DNA of 64,000 bases, taken from Archaeoglobaceae archaeon. GTDB lineage: Archaea; Halobacteriota; Archaeoglobi; Archaeoglobales; Archaeoglobaceae. Each line of letters starts with the position of its first letter. Positions within the stretch are counted from its first letter, which is position 1. The stretch covers positions 1 through 64,000 of the forward strand of contig JAWAQR010000003.1 of NCBI GenBank assembly GCA_038893835.1, in the 5' to 3' direction. The notes under the pieces are model-generated. The model searched no databases. It saw only the letters and a list, made by a program, of their open reading frames with translations, and was not told the DNA's origin. This document shows, piece after piece, positions 1-10,041 of this stretch. Both the position numbers and the translations under genes were made by a program.

Positions 1-920
1 AATTCTTCATCGATCACAGGTCTGTCAATTTCCCTGTCCCAGTTCTTGCACGATACGTAGACCGAGAACTTCATTGGCCTAACATCTTTCTCAGCCCATA
101 CATCGACTTCTATCGGATCTCCAGTTCTAGCGGCCCTTTTAACATTAGTATAAACTTTGAAGCCGAGATCCCTTAGTACTGAGGAAGCAATGCTTTCTAG
201 GATTTCTTTCGTTGGCTTTGAAGTCCTAATAACTTCAGGTGCTGGTGGTGGAGGTAGTAGAGGCTTTGCTAACTGAGGCTCTGCTTCCTTCAGAATGTCT
301 ATTATCTCATCTGTAAGACATGGGGCGGGAATAGTATAGTAGTCGTATATTTTATGTATTGCAAGTCCACTACTAGTCAAGTATGACAATAATTTGTTAG
401 CTTCTTCCTCCTTGATACCATGATAAGTTTTTAGTCCTTCCACAAAATTTGGTCCGTAAAACTCGGTGGTTCCAGCGAGCGTAATAACTCTTACACTGTA
501 AAGAAGGCTTCGAATATCGAGAAGCGCTTCATGTAATACTTTTATCTGCTCTTTTGGAATGGTTTCAAGCCTAAGATAATTCTTAAACGCTTTTGTAAAC
601 TTTTCAATGAACTTTGCCTCCAAATCGTCAAGAATTTTGTTCCTATGGTAATAACTTAGTACGCTCTCGTCCTTGAAGAGTCTGTCTATGAATTTAGCTG
701 CAGCACTAATGGCTTCTCTCGCTTCAGCAATTCTCTCAGCGAAATATTTAGCAAACAAACTTCTCATTTTGTCTTCCTGTAATATTCCGTCAACTGATGG
801 CTTCGCGTCATAATTCTTCCATTTATTCTCAACCCTCAAGTAGAAAAGCGTTAAGTAGACTCCCATTGCTTTCGCATCGGTATCGATGAGATCTGTTATC
901 CACGAATATTCACCCATCAT
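1..920 (-). CDS. Mrr-like (PD-(D/E)XK) restriction endonuclease with long unknown N-terminal domain; 3' end beyond window
   Basis: Hand translation from ATG 920 is open to the window edge: MMGEYSWITD...LLPPPPAPE...EILESIASSVLRDLGFKV...IEVDVWAEK...VYVSCKNWDREIDRPVIDEE. The pattern matches the Mrr_cat domain. Absent from the ORF track because there is no stop in the window. Confidence 0.75.
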   Translation of the reverse strand, partial: MMGEYSWITDLIDTDAKAMGVYLTLFYLRVENKWKNYDAKPSVDGILQEDKMRSLFAKYFAERIAEAREAISAAAKFIDRLFKDESVLSYYHRNKILDDLEAKFIEKFTKAFKNYLRLETIPKEQIKVLHEALLDIRSLLYSVRVITLAGTTEFYGPNFVEGLKTYHGIKEEEANKLLSYLTSSGLAIHKIYDYYTIPAPCLTDEIIDILKEAEPQLAKPLLPPPPAPEVIRTSKPTKEILESIASSVLRDLGFKVYTNVKRAARTGDPIEVDVWAEKDVRPMKFSVYVSCKNWDREIDRPVIDEE

Positions 921-1045
921 ATTAAATTCATACTAAAATGGTTAAATCTTTTACTTCTCACTTTTCCGCATCTCCAAGTCTGCAACCATTTTCACGCAAG
1001 CTGTCTTTGGTTTCACGTAAAGCAATCAAATAATTTCTGGATAAA

Positions 1046-2206
1046 TTAATGAATCAACAATTTTTCAAGTCTTTTTACAGCTTCCTCAATCACTTCCTTA
1101 CTCCTAGTTAGGGCAAATCTAACGTATCCTTCTCCGTTGTTTCCAAAGCCTATGCCAGGTGTGGCGATGATTCCTGCGACATCGAGCATTCTCTTCACGA
1201 AATCTATGCTTTTACCCGGAACTTTACACCAGACGTAAAATGTGGCCTTTGGTTTTTCAACCTTTAAACCCAGCTTTTGCAAACCATTTACAAGAATGTC
1301 TCTTCTTTCAGCGTAAATTCGACAATTTTCATCGATAACTTCATCACTCCCAGTAAGAGCAGCTATTCCAGCTTCCTGCACGGCTTCGAATACTCCGCTG
1401 TCCACATTTGTTTTTACCTTTAGCAACCCTTTCAAGATTTCCTCATTCCCGCAAGCAAAACCGATTCGCCAGCCAGTCATGTTGTAAGTCTTTGATAATG
1501 AATTGAACTCTATGGTTACTTCAAAGGCATTGTCGAATTCCAAAAAGCTTGGAGCTCTATAGCCATCGAAACAGATTTCTCCGTAGGCGTAATCATGTGC
1601 AAGAATTATTTTTTTATCTATGCAAAAATCTATGGCTTCTCTGATGAAATCCTTCGTAGCTATCGATGCAGTTGGATTGTTTGGATAGTTCAAAAACATT
1701 ATCTTTGCCTTTCTAGCAACCTCTGCCGGTATTTTTTCCAGATCTGGCAAAAAACCATTCTCCTCTTTTAAAGGCATGGGATATGGATTTCCTCCAGCCA
1801 TTATCGTGGAAGCATGATACACAGGATATCCTGGATCCGGTATCAAAACGTAATCTCCTGGGTTCACGAATGCGAGAGGTAAATGTGCAATCCCCTCTTT
1901 TGAACCAATTAGCGCAATCACTTCTCTTTCCGGATCTAGTTCTACTTTCTTTCTTCTTCTGTAAAATTCAGAAACAGCTCTTCTGAATTCCAGCATTCCT
2001 TCGTAGCTCGGATATTTTTGTCTTTCAACTCTTTCAACAGCTCTTTTCATCGCCTCAACAACATGCACTGGCGTTGGCAAATCTGGATCGCCAACTCCAA
2101 GATCTATGACTTTAACACCATCTGCAATCTTCTTTCTCTTCATCGCATCTATTTCAGCAAAGAGATATGGTGGTATTTTCTTCATTCTCTCAGACATTTC
2201 AAACAT
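1046..2206 (-). CDS. dapL: LL-diaminopimelate aminotransferase-type PLP class I/II aminotransferase
   Basis: PPYLFAEID, NYPNNPT, SLSKTYNMTGWRIG, KTNVDSGVF motifs. Start moved to MFEMSER. Confidence 0.75.
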   Translation of the reverse strand: MFEMSERMKKIPPYLFAEIDAMKRKKIADGVKVIDLGVGDPDLPTPVHVVEAMKRAVERVERQKYPSYEGMLEFRRAVSEFYRRRKKVELDPEREVIALIGSKEGIAHLPLAFVNPGDYVLIPDPGYPVYHASTIMAGGNPYPMPLKEENGFLPDLEKIPAEVARKAKIMFLNYPNNPTASIATKDFIREAIDFCIDKKIILAHDYAYGEICFDGYRAPSFLEFDNAFEVTIEFNSLSKTYNMTGWRIGFACGNEEILKGLLKVKTNVDSGVFEAVQEAGIAALTGSDEVIDENCRIYAERRDILVNGLQKLGLKVEKPKATFYVWCKVPGKSIDFVKRMLDVAGIIATPGIGFGNNGEGYVRFALTRSKEVIEEAVKRLEKLLIH

Positions 2207-2251
2207 AATCAGCGAAGAATTCATTGCTATATCTTTCTTTCTCTTCAAACC

Positions 2252-2623
2252 TCAGGGTTTTATTCTTCTTTCCTTCGGAACAAAGTTGATAATTTTCTTT
2301 CCATTTCCCTTTCCACAACCAAGAAAGTATTCTCCCCATTTCAGGATGCAATAGCCCTTATACGGGATTTCAAGATCTTCTCCCATTAACCATTTCTTTG
2401 CCTCCTCATCTTTCAATTCAACTACTCCTTTTTTAGCGATTTTCCCAATGATAAAGCTACCCTCTATCGAAAGTCTCAACCCATCCTTTTCAAGCTTTCC
2501 AAAGTATATTCCTTCCTGAACACTCCTAATCCTGAAATCACATTTTTTATAAGCAAAAATCCTCCCCTTACCCTTAACTATAAAATCCAAATCAACTTCA
2601 ACCCCAAATTGCTCTTTCAGCAT
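2252..2623 (-). CDS. NIP7/RsmF C-terminal-like PUA-domain protein
   Basis: GIYFGKLEKDGLRLSIEGS, EEAKKWLMGEDL, FLGCGK, NFVPKERR. Directly follows the m5C methyltransferase gene. Confidence 0.7.
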   Translation of the reverse strand: MLKEQFGVEVDLDFIVKGKGRIFAYKKCDFRIRSVQEGIYFGKLEKDGLRLSIEGSFIIGKIAKKGVVELKDEEAKKWLMGEDLEIPYKGYCILKWGEYFLGCGKGNGKKIINFVPKERRIKP

Positions 2624-2625
2624 TT

Positions 2626-3528
2626 CTAGGATTTTATCATTTTCGCAACGAAGAATCCCTCGGTGTCGTTCATTTGTGGGTGTATTCGCAGACACTTTCT
2701 CACCTCTTCCAAGAACTCGAGCTCCTCGAACTTTGTAAATCCCTCCATAGATTTTATTGGCAAGTTTATCTTTTCAATCTCTGCATTTGTGTTCCTTAGC
2801 AGATAATCTACAACTGCCTCATTTTCGAGCGGTTCAAGTGTACATGTGGAATAGACAAGCACTCCTCCAGGTTTTAGTGCTTTATATCCAGCAAGTATGA
2901 GCTCTTTTTGCAATTTAGACAAATCCATGCTCATTTTTAGACTCCATAATTTTGCATAGCGGTAATTTTTTCTTATCATCCCGATGTTGCTGCATGGAGC
3001 ATCGACGAGAACGGCATCGAATTTTTTTTCAAATCTCGCGAATTTCCTACCATCCATCATCGTCACTTTCGCAATCAAAACACCGCATTTCTGTAAGTTT
3101 GAAATCAAAATATTTATCCTATCCATTTTTACATCGTTTGCAATTATGCAACCAACGTTTTCCATGTACTGTGCAATCTGCGTAGTCTTCGCTCCTGGAG
3201 ATGCGCAGAGATCTAGCACTCTCATACCTTTTTCGAGTTCCATGAGCAGTGGAGGTATCATCGATACAGCGGATTGAGGAAATATTATTCCAAGCTGGTG
3301 TTCTGGGATGTTTGAAAAATCCTCTACCTTAACATAAAAACCCTCCTTGCACCATGGTATTCCTTCATCGATTATGTCAAGCCTTTTGATCACTGAATCT
3401 ATACTCGCCTTTAGCGTGTTGATCCTAACACTCTTCCTCAAAGGTTTGTCAAAGTACTGAAATATTTCTTCTGACCGATCTATTTTTTTTAACCTTTCAT
3501 AAAGCTCAGGATTTATGTTCCTCAGCAT
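2626..3528 (-). CDS. NOL1/NOP2/Sun (RsmB/RsmF/Trm4) RNA m5C methyltransferase
   Basis: DLCASPGAKT, LVDAPCS, VYSTCT...ENE, GFFVAK. Confidence 0.92.
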   Translation of the reverse strand: MLRNINPELYERLKKIDRSEEIFQYFDKPLRKSVRINTLKASIDSVIKRLDIIDEGIPWCKEGFYVKVEDFSNIPEHQLGIIFPQSAVSMIPPLLMELEKGMRVLDLCASPGAKTTQIAQYMENVGCIIANDVKMDRINILISNLQKCGVLIAKVTMMDGRKFARFEKKFDAVLVDAPCSNIGMIRKNYRYAKLWSLKMSMDLSKLQKELILAGYKALKPGGVLVYSTCTLEPLENEAVVDYLLRNTNAEIEKINLPIKSMEGFTKFEELEFLEEVRKCLRIHPQMNDTEGFFVAKMIKS

Positions 3529-4775
3529 ATCTCATAAGCATCGCTTTCTTCGAATGTAAACTTAATTTTCTGAAACTCTTTTCTGAACTCCTTTATTTCT
3601 TCTCTTATCTTTTTAACTTCTTTCTTACCTTTTAGAGTTGAATCTATCAGCTCCGCTATTACCATCATTTCACTCTCTTTCATTCCAAGTCTGGTAACTT
3701 CCTGAACCCCAATTCTTATTCCGGAGGGATTTGAAGACATTTCAATGCTATCCCATGGAAGCAAATTCTTATTTACGAATATCCCAACTTCTTCAAGCTT
3801 TCTAGCAACAAGGTCCCCCCCTCCAAGCTCTCGAACATCTATGGCTATCTGATGAGTCTCCGTGAATCCAAAAGTCTCACCCAAGACTTTGTAGCCTAGA
3901 TCGTATAAAGCTTCAGCCAACTTCCTTGCATTTCTTACTACCTGTTTTGCATAGGTTTCGCCAAATTCCAGCATCTCCATTGCAGCAATCACATATCCGG
4001 CGAGTGAGTGGAGATGGTGATTGCTAACAACTCCTGGAAAAACGGCTTTATCAACTTGCTTTGCAAGACTTTCACGACTGAGAATTAACCCCCTTTGAGG
4101 GCCAAAGAAGGTCTTGTGAGTAGAAGCTGTGACGACATCTGCCCCTTCTTTCATAGGATTCCTATAAACCTTTCCAGCGATCAATCCAAGGACGTGGCTG
4201 GCGTCGAACATGAGATAAGCATCTAAATCTTCCGCAATCTCCTTCACTTCCTTTACTGGCTGGTGTCTTAGAATGAGACTTGAACCCAGCACAAAAAGCT
4301 TTGGTTTAACATCTTTAGCGAGCTTCCTTGTTGCATCTACATCTATGTTCATGTCTTCGACGCTGAATGGATAATGAACCACTTTTAATCCCCTATAACC
4401 AGCTGCGGAAATTTTGTCATGACTTATATGCCCTCCACACGGTACTGAGATGCTGAAAATAACATCGTTCGGGCTTGTAAGTGCAAAAAATGCTGCAAGA
4501 TTGGCAACGACACCAGATATAGGCTGAACGTTTGCGTGCTCAGCTTCAAAAAGTTTTTTTGACAATTCTATTGCCATTCTTTCCACTTCATCTATGAACT
4601 TGCATCCAGCATAATATCTCTCCCCAACCTTCCCCTCCGCATATCTGTGCCCGAAATCGGAGAGATAGCATTTTCTAACGAGTACAGAAGTCAAATTTTC
4701 ACTTGCTATAAGTGGAATGGAATTTCTCATCATTTCGTTATGTTCTCGTATGATCCTTTGAATCTCTGAATACAT
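3522..4775 (-). CDS. glyA: Serine hydroxymethyltransferase (archaeal)
   Basis: LIASEN, RYAEG...YYAGC, ANVQPISG, STHKTFFGPQRG, PSGIRIG. Confidence 0.96.
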   Translation of the reverse strand: MYSEIQRIIREHNEMMRNSIPLIASENLTSVLVRKCYLSDFGHRYAEGKVGERYYAGCKFIDEVERMAIELSKKLFEAEHANVQPISGVVANLAAFFALTSPNDVIFSISVPCGGHISHDKISAAGYRGLKVVHYPFSVEDMNIDVDATRKLAKDVKPKLFVLGSSLILRHQPVKEVKEIAEDLDAYLMFDASHVLGLIAGKVYRNPMKEGADVVTASTHKTFFGPQRGLILSRESLAKQVDKAVFPGVVSNHHLHSLAGYVIAAMEMLEFGETYAKQVVRNARKLAEALYDLGYKVLGETFGFTETHQIAIDVRELGGGDLVARKLEEVGIFVNKNLLPWDSIEMSSNPSGIRIGVQEVTRLGMKESEMMVIAELIDSTLKGKKEVKKIREEIKEFRKEFQKIKFTFEESDAYEIC

Positions 4776-4825
4776 GTTCCCTTTTGAGTGGACAAAAATA
4801 TTTAAGGTTTCCGCGATTTTTGGCT

Positions 4826-6232
4826 ATGGATGTGATAACTTCGAGAGACATGAGAGTTCTAGAGTTGAATTGTGAGTACTTTGGACTCAGCAGACTTCAA
4901 CTTATGGAAAATGCTGGCAGAGCTGTTGCTGAGGAGATAAGAAAGAGATTTGAAAGTGGGAAAGTGGCAATATTTGCGGGAACTGGAAACAATGGTGGGG
5001 ACGGTTTTGTCTGTGCAAGGCATTTGAGGGATTTCGATGTTGAGGTTTATTTGATAAGTAGAGAAATAAGGAGTGAGATCGCAAAGAAGAACTTGGAGAT
5101 TTTAGAAAAAGCTGGATATAAAATATATGATGAGATTAAAAAAACCGATGCAGACATTTTGGTCGATGCAATTCTTGGCACAGGTTTGAGGGGTAGGTTG
5201 AGGGAAAATTATGTGAGAGCGATAGAAATAGCAAATTCCATGGACTCCTTTAAGGTCGCAGTAGACATTCCTAGCGGACTCGAATCGGATACGGGAAAAT
5301 ATGAAATAGCTGTAAAAGCAGATCTTACCGTAACTTTTCACAAGCTCAAACCAGGAATTTTAAAAGCCAGGGAAATCTGTGGAGAAGTTGTTGTTAAAGA
5401 CATTGGGATACCTAAGGAGTTTGAGAGACTTTGTGGAATTGGGGATGTTGTTGAGACCTATAAGAGATATGAGGATGCGCACAAGGGGATGCATGGAAAA
5501 GTTGCAGTCATAGGTGGTGGGGATTACACTGGGGCAGTTGCCCTTGCAAGCTTAGCCTGTTATCATGCTGGAGCAGACATAGTGATAACGCTAGTTCCTG
5601 AAGCAATAAGAAATGTTGTTGCATCCTTTAGCCCAAATCTCATCGTCAGAAGTCTTAAGGGAGAGAGAATAGGTTTGAGGAATTTGAAGGAAGCAGAAGA
5701 AGTTGTAAAGAAATGTGACGTTGCAGTAATTGGTATGGGAGTTGGAGAGAATCCTGAATTTAGAGATTTTGTTGAAGAATTGCTTAAGAGCTGTAAAAAG
5801 GTTGTTTTGGATGCTGAAGGTATAACTGGAGAAATTCCTGAAAATGTTGAGGCGATTTTAACTCCACATAGGGGGGAGTTGAAGAAGTATTTAAAAGCGG
5901 AGCCTGAGGATGTTGTGAAGGTTGCAAGAGAAATTAAGGCGGTGATATTGCTGAAAGGTAAGAGGGATGTGATAACGGATGGAGAAAGAATTAAGTACAA
6001 CTTAACTGGAAACGCTGGAATGACTGTTGGTGGAACGGGAGACATTCTTGCAGGAATTTGTGGGGCCCTTTTTTGCAACGACAACGCCTTTAACTCCGCT
6101 TGCGCAGCAGCTTTTATTAATGGCTTTGCTGGAGATATATGCCTTGAGAAGTATGGATATAACTACACTGCGACGCATTTACTTGATAGCATTCCGATAG
6201 CTTTCAAGAGGTGTTTTGAATGGATCCGATAG
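4826..6232 (+). CDS. nnr: Bifunctional NAD(P)H-hydrate epimerase/dehydratase
   Basis: LMENAG, GNNGGDG, DIPSG (YjeF_N); HKG..G, LTPHRGE, GGTGDILAG (carbohydrate kinase domain). Confidence 0.93.
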   Translation: MDVITSRDMRVLELNCEYFGLSRLQLMENAGRAVAEEIRKRFESGKVAIFAGTGNNGGDGFVCARHLRDFDVEVYLISREIRSEIAKKNLEILEKAGYKIYDEIKKTDADILVDAILGTGLRGRLRENYVRAIEIANSMDSFKVAVDIPSGLESDTGKYEIAVKADLTVTFHKLKPGILKAREICGEVVVKDIGIPKEFERLCGIGDVVETYKRYEDAHKGMHGKVAVIGGGDYTGAVALASLACYHAGADIVITLVPEAIRNVVASFSPNLIVRSLKGERIGLRNLKEAEEVVKKCDVAVIGMGVGENPEFRDFVEELLKSCKKVVLDAEGITGEIPENVEAILTPHRGELKKYLKAEPEDVVKVAREIKAVILLKGKRDVITDGERIKYNLTGNAGMTVGGTGDILAGICGALFCNDNAFNSACAAAFINGFAGDICLEKYGYNYTATHLLDSIPIAFKRCFEWIR

Positions 6233-7338
6233 AGCTGACGAAGGAGTTGGTTAAAATAGATACCCGAAATCCACCTGGAGACACTTCAATGGCTGTGGAA
6301 TTTCTCCAAAAACTTTTTTCCAGTTATAGGACTAGGGTTTACGAGAAAGAGGGTAAGGAAAGCATTGTGGTTGAGATTGGAAAAGGTAAGAAGACTCTAA
6401 TGCTCGCTTCCCACCTTGACACAGTTCCAGCGACTGACAGTTTGCTGAATCCAGTAATTGTAAATGGGAAACTCTATGGAAGAGGGAGTTGCGATGCAAA
6501 AGGTTGCATAGCAGCGATGTGCTCTGCAGTTGAAAAAATTGAACCGGAATTTTGTCTAAAGCTTGCTTTTACTGCAGATGAAGAAGTTGGAGGAAAAAAT
6601 GGTCTAAAATTTGTTTTTGAAAGGGAATGGGCTGATGCTGTCATCATCGGTGAGCCAACTGGATGCGATGCAATTACAGTTCTTCAGGCTTGCGTTCTAG
6701 CATTGGACATAAAGTTTTTGGGAAGAGATGGTCATACCGCAATGCAGGATGCCTGTGAAGGAGCTATTTTTAAGGCTGCGAAATTCATCGTCGACTTAGT
6801 TGAAAAATTCAGGAAATTACATGGAAATTACGAGCATTACAAACGGATTTTTACAGATATGGGTCTAGAATTCGTTATAAAGACCTGGGAAGCCGTTTTC
6901 AATCCCTCAATAATCCGAGGTGGGATTAAGAGAAATGTAGTTGCCTTTGAATGTGATTTGAGCGCAGATGTTCGCTTTGCGCCATGGATAAGCGTTGAAG
7001 AAGTGCTGAATTTGTTTCAGAGAGATGATTTGGAAATAATAGTTTCGGGATTCCTTCCAGCTTATGGTTTCTTGGCTGATAAAGTGAGATTTGAGAACGA
7101 TTTAAAACTGCTGAACATAATTGTAGATGCTATAAGATCGGAAAATCTGTCTCCAAAAGCTGTCTTCTCCCTAGGTGTTGGAGATTCGAGACACGTTAGA
7201 AAATTTGGCGTTCCGTGTTTTTATATTGGTCCAGGAGGTGGAAACTTACATTCAGAGGATGAGTTTGTATACATTTCTGAATTAAAGCTTGCAACAAAAA
7301 TATATAGAAATATTATTGAAAAATTTAGAATGTTTTGA
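6220..7338 (+). CDS. M20/DapE/ArgE family metallo-amidohydrolase
   Basis: HLDTVP, YGRGSCDAKG, ADEEVGG, IGEPT, LHSEDE. Confidence 0.88.
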   Translation: MDPIELTKELVKIDTRNPPGDTSMAVEFLQKLFSSYRTRVYEKEGKESIVVEIGKGKKTLMLASHLDTVPATDSLLNPVIVNGKLYGRGSCDAKGCIAAMCSAVEKIEPEFCLKLAFTADEEVGGKNGLKFVFEREWADAVIIGEPTGCDAITVLQACVLALDIKFLGRDGHTAMQDACEGAIFKAAKFIVDLVEKFRKLHGNYEHYKRIFTDMGLEFVIKTWEAVFNPSIIRGGIKRNVVAFECDLSADVRFAPWISVEEVLNLFQRDDLEIIVSGFLPAYGFLADKVRFENDLKLLNIIVDAIRSENLSPKAVFSLGVGDSRHVRKFGVPCFYIGPGGGNLHSEDEFVYISELKLATKIYRNIIEKFRMF

Positions 7339-8521
7339 TTTCACCGTTGACTATCTTCATCGTTAGCCCGGTGATGTCCCCTATCATTTCCTCAGCTATT
7401 TCTCTAAGTTTTCTCTCCATTCTCTCAACTTCATATCCTTTTTTCGGTATAACCTGAATGCTTAGAGACTTTGGATCGTTTATAGGTCTTCCTATTTGGC
7501 TCAAAATTCTAACATAGATCTCCTCTATTCCTTCAATCTCCTCATAACACCTGTTCGCGATCATATGTGCTAGAATGTTGTATAGCTTCCCAACGTGATT
7601 TATCGGATTTTTGCCACTCGTAGCTTCCATGCTCATCGGCCTTCCAGGAGTTATCAGTCCGTTGCACCTATTCCCCCTTCCCACGTTACCATCATCTCCA
7701 TTTTCAGCTGAAGTGCCGGTGACAGTTAAATAAACGCATCCCCTTTCATAGTCATCGGCAGTGTTAACATAGACTTCAACTCTCCTTTTTGTGTATTCGG
7801 AAGCTATTTCTTTGACAAAATTTTCAACTTCTTTTTTAACGCTGTCATATTCAGAAACGTTGTTCAGAAATCTGTCCACCATGGCAACTGCAATTGTGAG
7901 CTTTATAACATCTCCCTCTCTTAGCCCCATTACCTTAACATCTTCCCCAACAGCAGGCTCCTTTTTTCTGAGCTCTTCGTAAATCCTCCTTTCAACGTTG
8001 TAAACCAATTTCTCCGTCTCAGAAAGAGGAGCGAATCCGATGCCAAACGAGGTGTCATTGGCAAGAGGAATCTCCTTCCTTCTCTTAAAAACATCCTGAA
8101 GATCTGCACTCCCTTCGCCAAGGCGAACGTCGAAGATTATGTCGAGTTCAGGATCTAGATATCTCATCGTTGACGCAATGTACCTCTTTGCAGCTTTAAG
8201 TGCAACTTTATCAGTTGGTATCATTTCTTTGCCAACACTTTTCGTCGCTCTGCCGACTAGTATTATGTTTATTGGCTCAATGACTTCTCCGCCACCGAAT
8301 CTTGGGCAAGATTTCCCCGCGATTATCTGAGTTTCATCGGTGTTGTGGTGGAGCACAACGCCAAATCTTTTAATGTATTCCTTGCAGAGTTCTCTGCTCA
8401 TAGCCTCAGCTATGCCGTCTGCAAGACTGTCTGGATGCCCCATCCCCTTTCTCTCAACCAATTCGACTTTCTGCCTCTCTATTGGTGTGTGCATGAGTTC
8501 TTCGATGAAAATGTTGACCAT
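7325..8521 (-). CDS. mat: S-adenosylmethionine synthetase (archaeal type)
   Basis: [49 protein letters not shown] precedes ATG 8521. Confidence 0.96.
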   Translation of the reverse strand: MVNIFIEELMHTPIERQKVELVERKGMGHPDSLADGIAEAMSRELCKEYIKRFGVVLHHNTDETQIIAGKSCPRFGGGEVIEPINIILVGRATKSVGKEMIPTDKVALKAAKRYIASTMRYLDPELDIIFDVRLGEGSADLQDVFKRRKEIPLANDTSFGIGFAPLSETEKLVYNVERRIYEELRKKEPAVGEDVKVMGLREGDVIKLTIAVAMVDRFLNNVSEYDSVKKEVENFVKEIASEYTKRRVEVYVNTADDYERGCVYLTVTGTSAENGDDGNVGRGNRCNGLITPGRPMSMEATSGKNPINHVGKLYNILAHMIANRCYEEIEGIEEIYVRILSQIGRPINDPKSLSIQVIPKKGYEVERMERKLREIAEEMIGDITGLTMKIVNGEIKTF

Positions 8522-8570
8522 GGAATCACCGAAGATTGCATCTCCTTTCAAAATATAAAGTTTATACAAT

Positions 8571-9128
8571 TTATAGCTTCCCCCTATACATCTTGGTCGC
8601 TGGACAACCGAGACATCTTTCACTCTTATACCTTCTGCATTCCATACAGAGAGCATTGCAGGGTGGTTTATCTAGCTTTTTTGCAACCACTTTTATATCT
8701 AAAAAAGGTTCATAGTGTATTTCCTGAACTGGATAAACTTCATATCTCTTTATTCCACTCTGTGCCCTTAAAGAGCAGCTTTCAAGAGTGATACTTTCCA
8801 GAGACTCAAAATCTTCGGAAAAGATTATAGCGAAAAGATTGTAGCTGCCGGTTGTGACAAAGAATTTTAACACTCTTGGGCATTCACGAAACTTGTCTAT
8901 TATTCTGTTTAGAGCGTTAGAGTCCTCGACTTCCATTACAAGGATTGCAAGATAGAGTTTCTCAGCATTAATTAAAGCCTTTACTTTTATTTCTCCTTTA
9001 TTCAGAAGTTTTTCAACCCTTTTCTTCACACCCATCGCAGTCATTCCTATATTTTTCCCCAAGTCAGAATAACTTGCCCTTCCATTTTCTTGAAGCAGAG
9101 CTATGATCAGCCTGTCTTTCTCATCCAT
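8571..9128 (-). CDS. Lrp/AsnC regulator with C-terminal Cys-rich extension
   Basis: N-terminal HTH DEKDRLII..LQENGRASY; RAM domain VTTGSYNL; C-terminal CNALCMEC..Y...CLGCP. Confidence 0.85.
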   Translation of the reverse strand: MDEKDRLIIALLQENGRASYSDLGKNIGMTAMGVKKRVEKLLNKGEIKVKALINAEKLYLAILVMEVEDSNALNRIIDKFRECPRVLKFFVTTGSYNLFAIIFSEDFESLESITLESCSLRAQSGIKRYEVYPVQEIHYEPFLDIKVVAKKLDKPPCNALCMECRRYKSERCLGCPATKMYRGKL

Positions 9129-9250
9129 GAGAAATGTTTTTTGAAAAATATATGTAGTTTTCTTTTTAAATTTAATTCGCTTTTATGGTTTCAAAATTAA
9201 TTTTTTCTTTATGCATATGCTTAAATACTCTGAAAATCTTAAGTATTTAA

Positions 9251-9332
9251 GCCGGGGTTGCCGAGCGGTAAGGCGCACGCCTGGAGAGCGTGTGGGCTTT
9301 AGCCCGCGTGGGTTCAAATCCCACCCCCGGCG
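9251..9332 (+). tRNA. tRNA-Ser(GGA)
   Basis: GCCGGGG acceptor stem, CACGC-CTGGAGA-GCGTG anticodon arm, long variable arm, GGTTCAAATCC; CTTAAATA box about 25 nt upstream. Confidence 0.97.
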
Positions 9333-9359
9333 TTTAAAAATGAATTTCCATTCAGAACA

Positions 9360-9374
9360 GAAAAATTTTTAAAT
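9360..9374 (+). promoter_or_regulatory. BRE/TATA element GAAAAATTTTTAAAT (copy 1)
   Basis: Purine-rich BRE plus TTTTTAAA just upstream of micropeptide 1; identical to 10006-10020. Confidence 0.6.
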
Positions 9375-9392
9375 TTCCAAAAAATTCACTTC

Positions 9393-9473
9393 ATGGCAAA
9401 ATGCAGTAGGGGTAAGAAGGCGAAGGAAGAAAAGAAGGCAGAAAACGCCAAGGAGAAGGATATGAAGAAATAA
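9393..9473 (+). CDS. Lys/Glu-rich micropeptide 1 (MAKCSRGKKAKEEKKAENAKEKDMKK, 26 aa)
   Basis: Clean ATG..TAA ORF with a promoter upstream and T-tracts downstream; resembles micropeptide 2. Confidence 0.55.
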   Translation: MAKCSRGKKAKEEKKAENAKEKDMKK

Positions 9474-9584
9474 GTTGGGCTTTGCCATATATCTTAGATC
9501 AAAATAGCTCAATTTTTTAATTTTTAGGTTTGCAAACTCGATATGCATTTAGGAATAATCTTATAGTCTCATTTCACTGGTGAT

Positions 9585-9940
9585 TTATTTATCTACCCTT
9601 AGATTATAATGCAAATCGAATGCAAGTTCTACTAAGAAAATTGCTGCATCCCAACAATTACCGAATCAGTTTCTGTATAAGGGAAGATAATGCGGTATAT
9701 AATCCAAGGTTTCTCGTAAACCTTTATGCTCATTTATTATAAGCGCTTTATCTTTCCCCTCCGCAAACTCTAATAAAAGGACATTTTTTTCCTGCTTGTT
9801 ATGATATCAAATGCTGTTTTGCTCGTATCTTTCCATGAAAGCATATTTTCAACTATTTTGACGTCAAATTCTTTCAAATAGAATCTCTTTCTATTCTCAA
9901 ACCCAAAAATCCTCATTCTTTTTGAAAAACAGTACTTCAT
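9585..9940 (-). pseudogene. Possible degraded gene remnant
   Basis: A 56-aa ORF (9940-9770) continues in the -1 frame near an A7 run as QEKNVLLLEFAEG...LYRN*FGNCWDAAIFLVELAF. No family recognised. Confidence 0.25.
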
Positions 9941-10005
9941 TTCGAATAATACGAAATCAGATTAGAGATTTTTCAGATTAGACCTTTCAGGATCTTTATG
10001 GATTG

Positions 10006-10020
10006 GAAAAATTTTTAAAT
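10006..10020 (+). promoter_or_regulatory. BRE/TATA element GAAAAATTTTTAAAT (copy 2)
   Basis: TTTTTAAA lies at -30..-23 from ATG 10042, canonical spacing for a leaderless transcript. Confidence 0.65.
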
Positions 10021-10041
10021 CGAATGGATCCACATACGATC

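Noticed and set aside
958-1020. Minus-strand 20-codon stretch with ENGCRLGD, resembling the tyrosine-recombinase ETGxRxGE motif
   Set aside because: Too short and no other integrase motifs; likely chance.
2620-2660. Possible -1 frameshift fusing the m5C methyltransferase to the PUA protein (RsmF-like)
   Set aside because: No X XXY YYZ slippery heptamer, and an ATG 2 nt after the stop explains separate genes.
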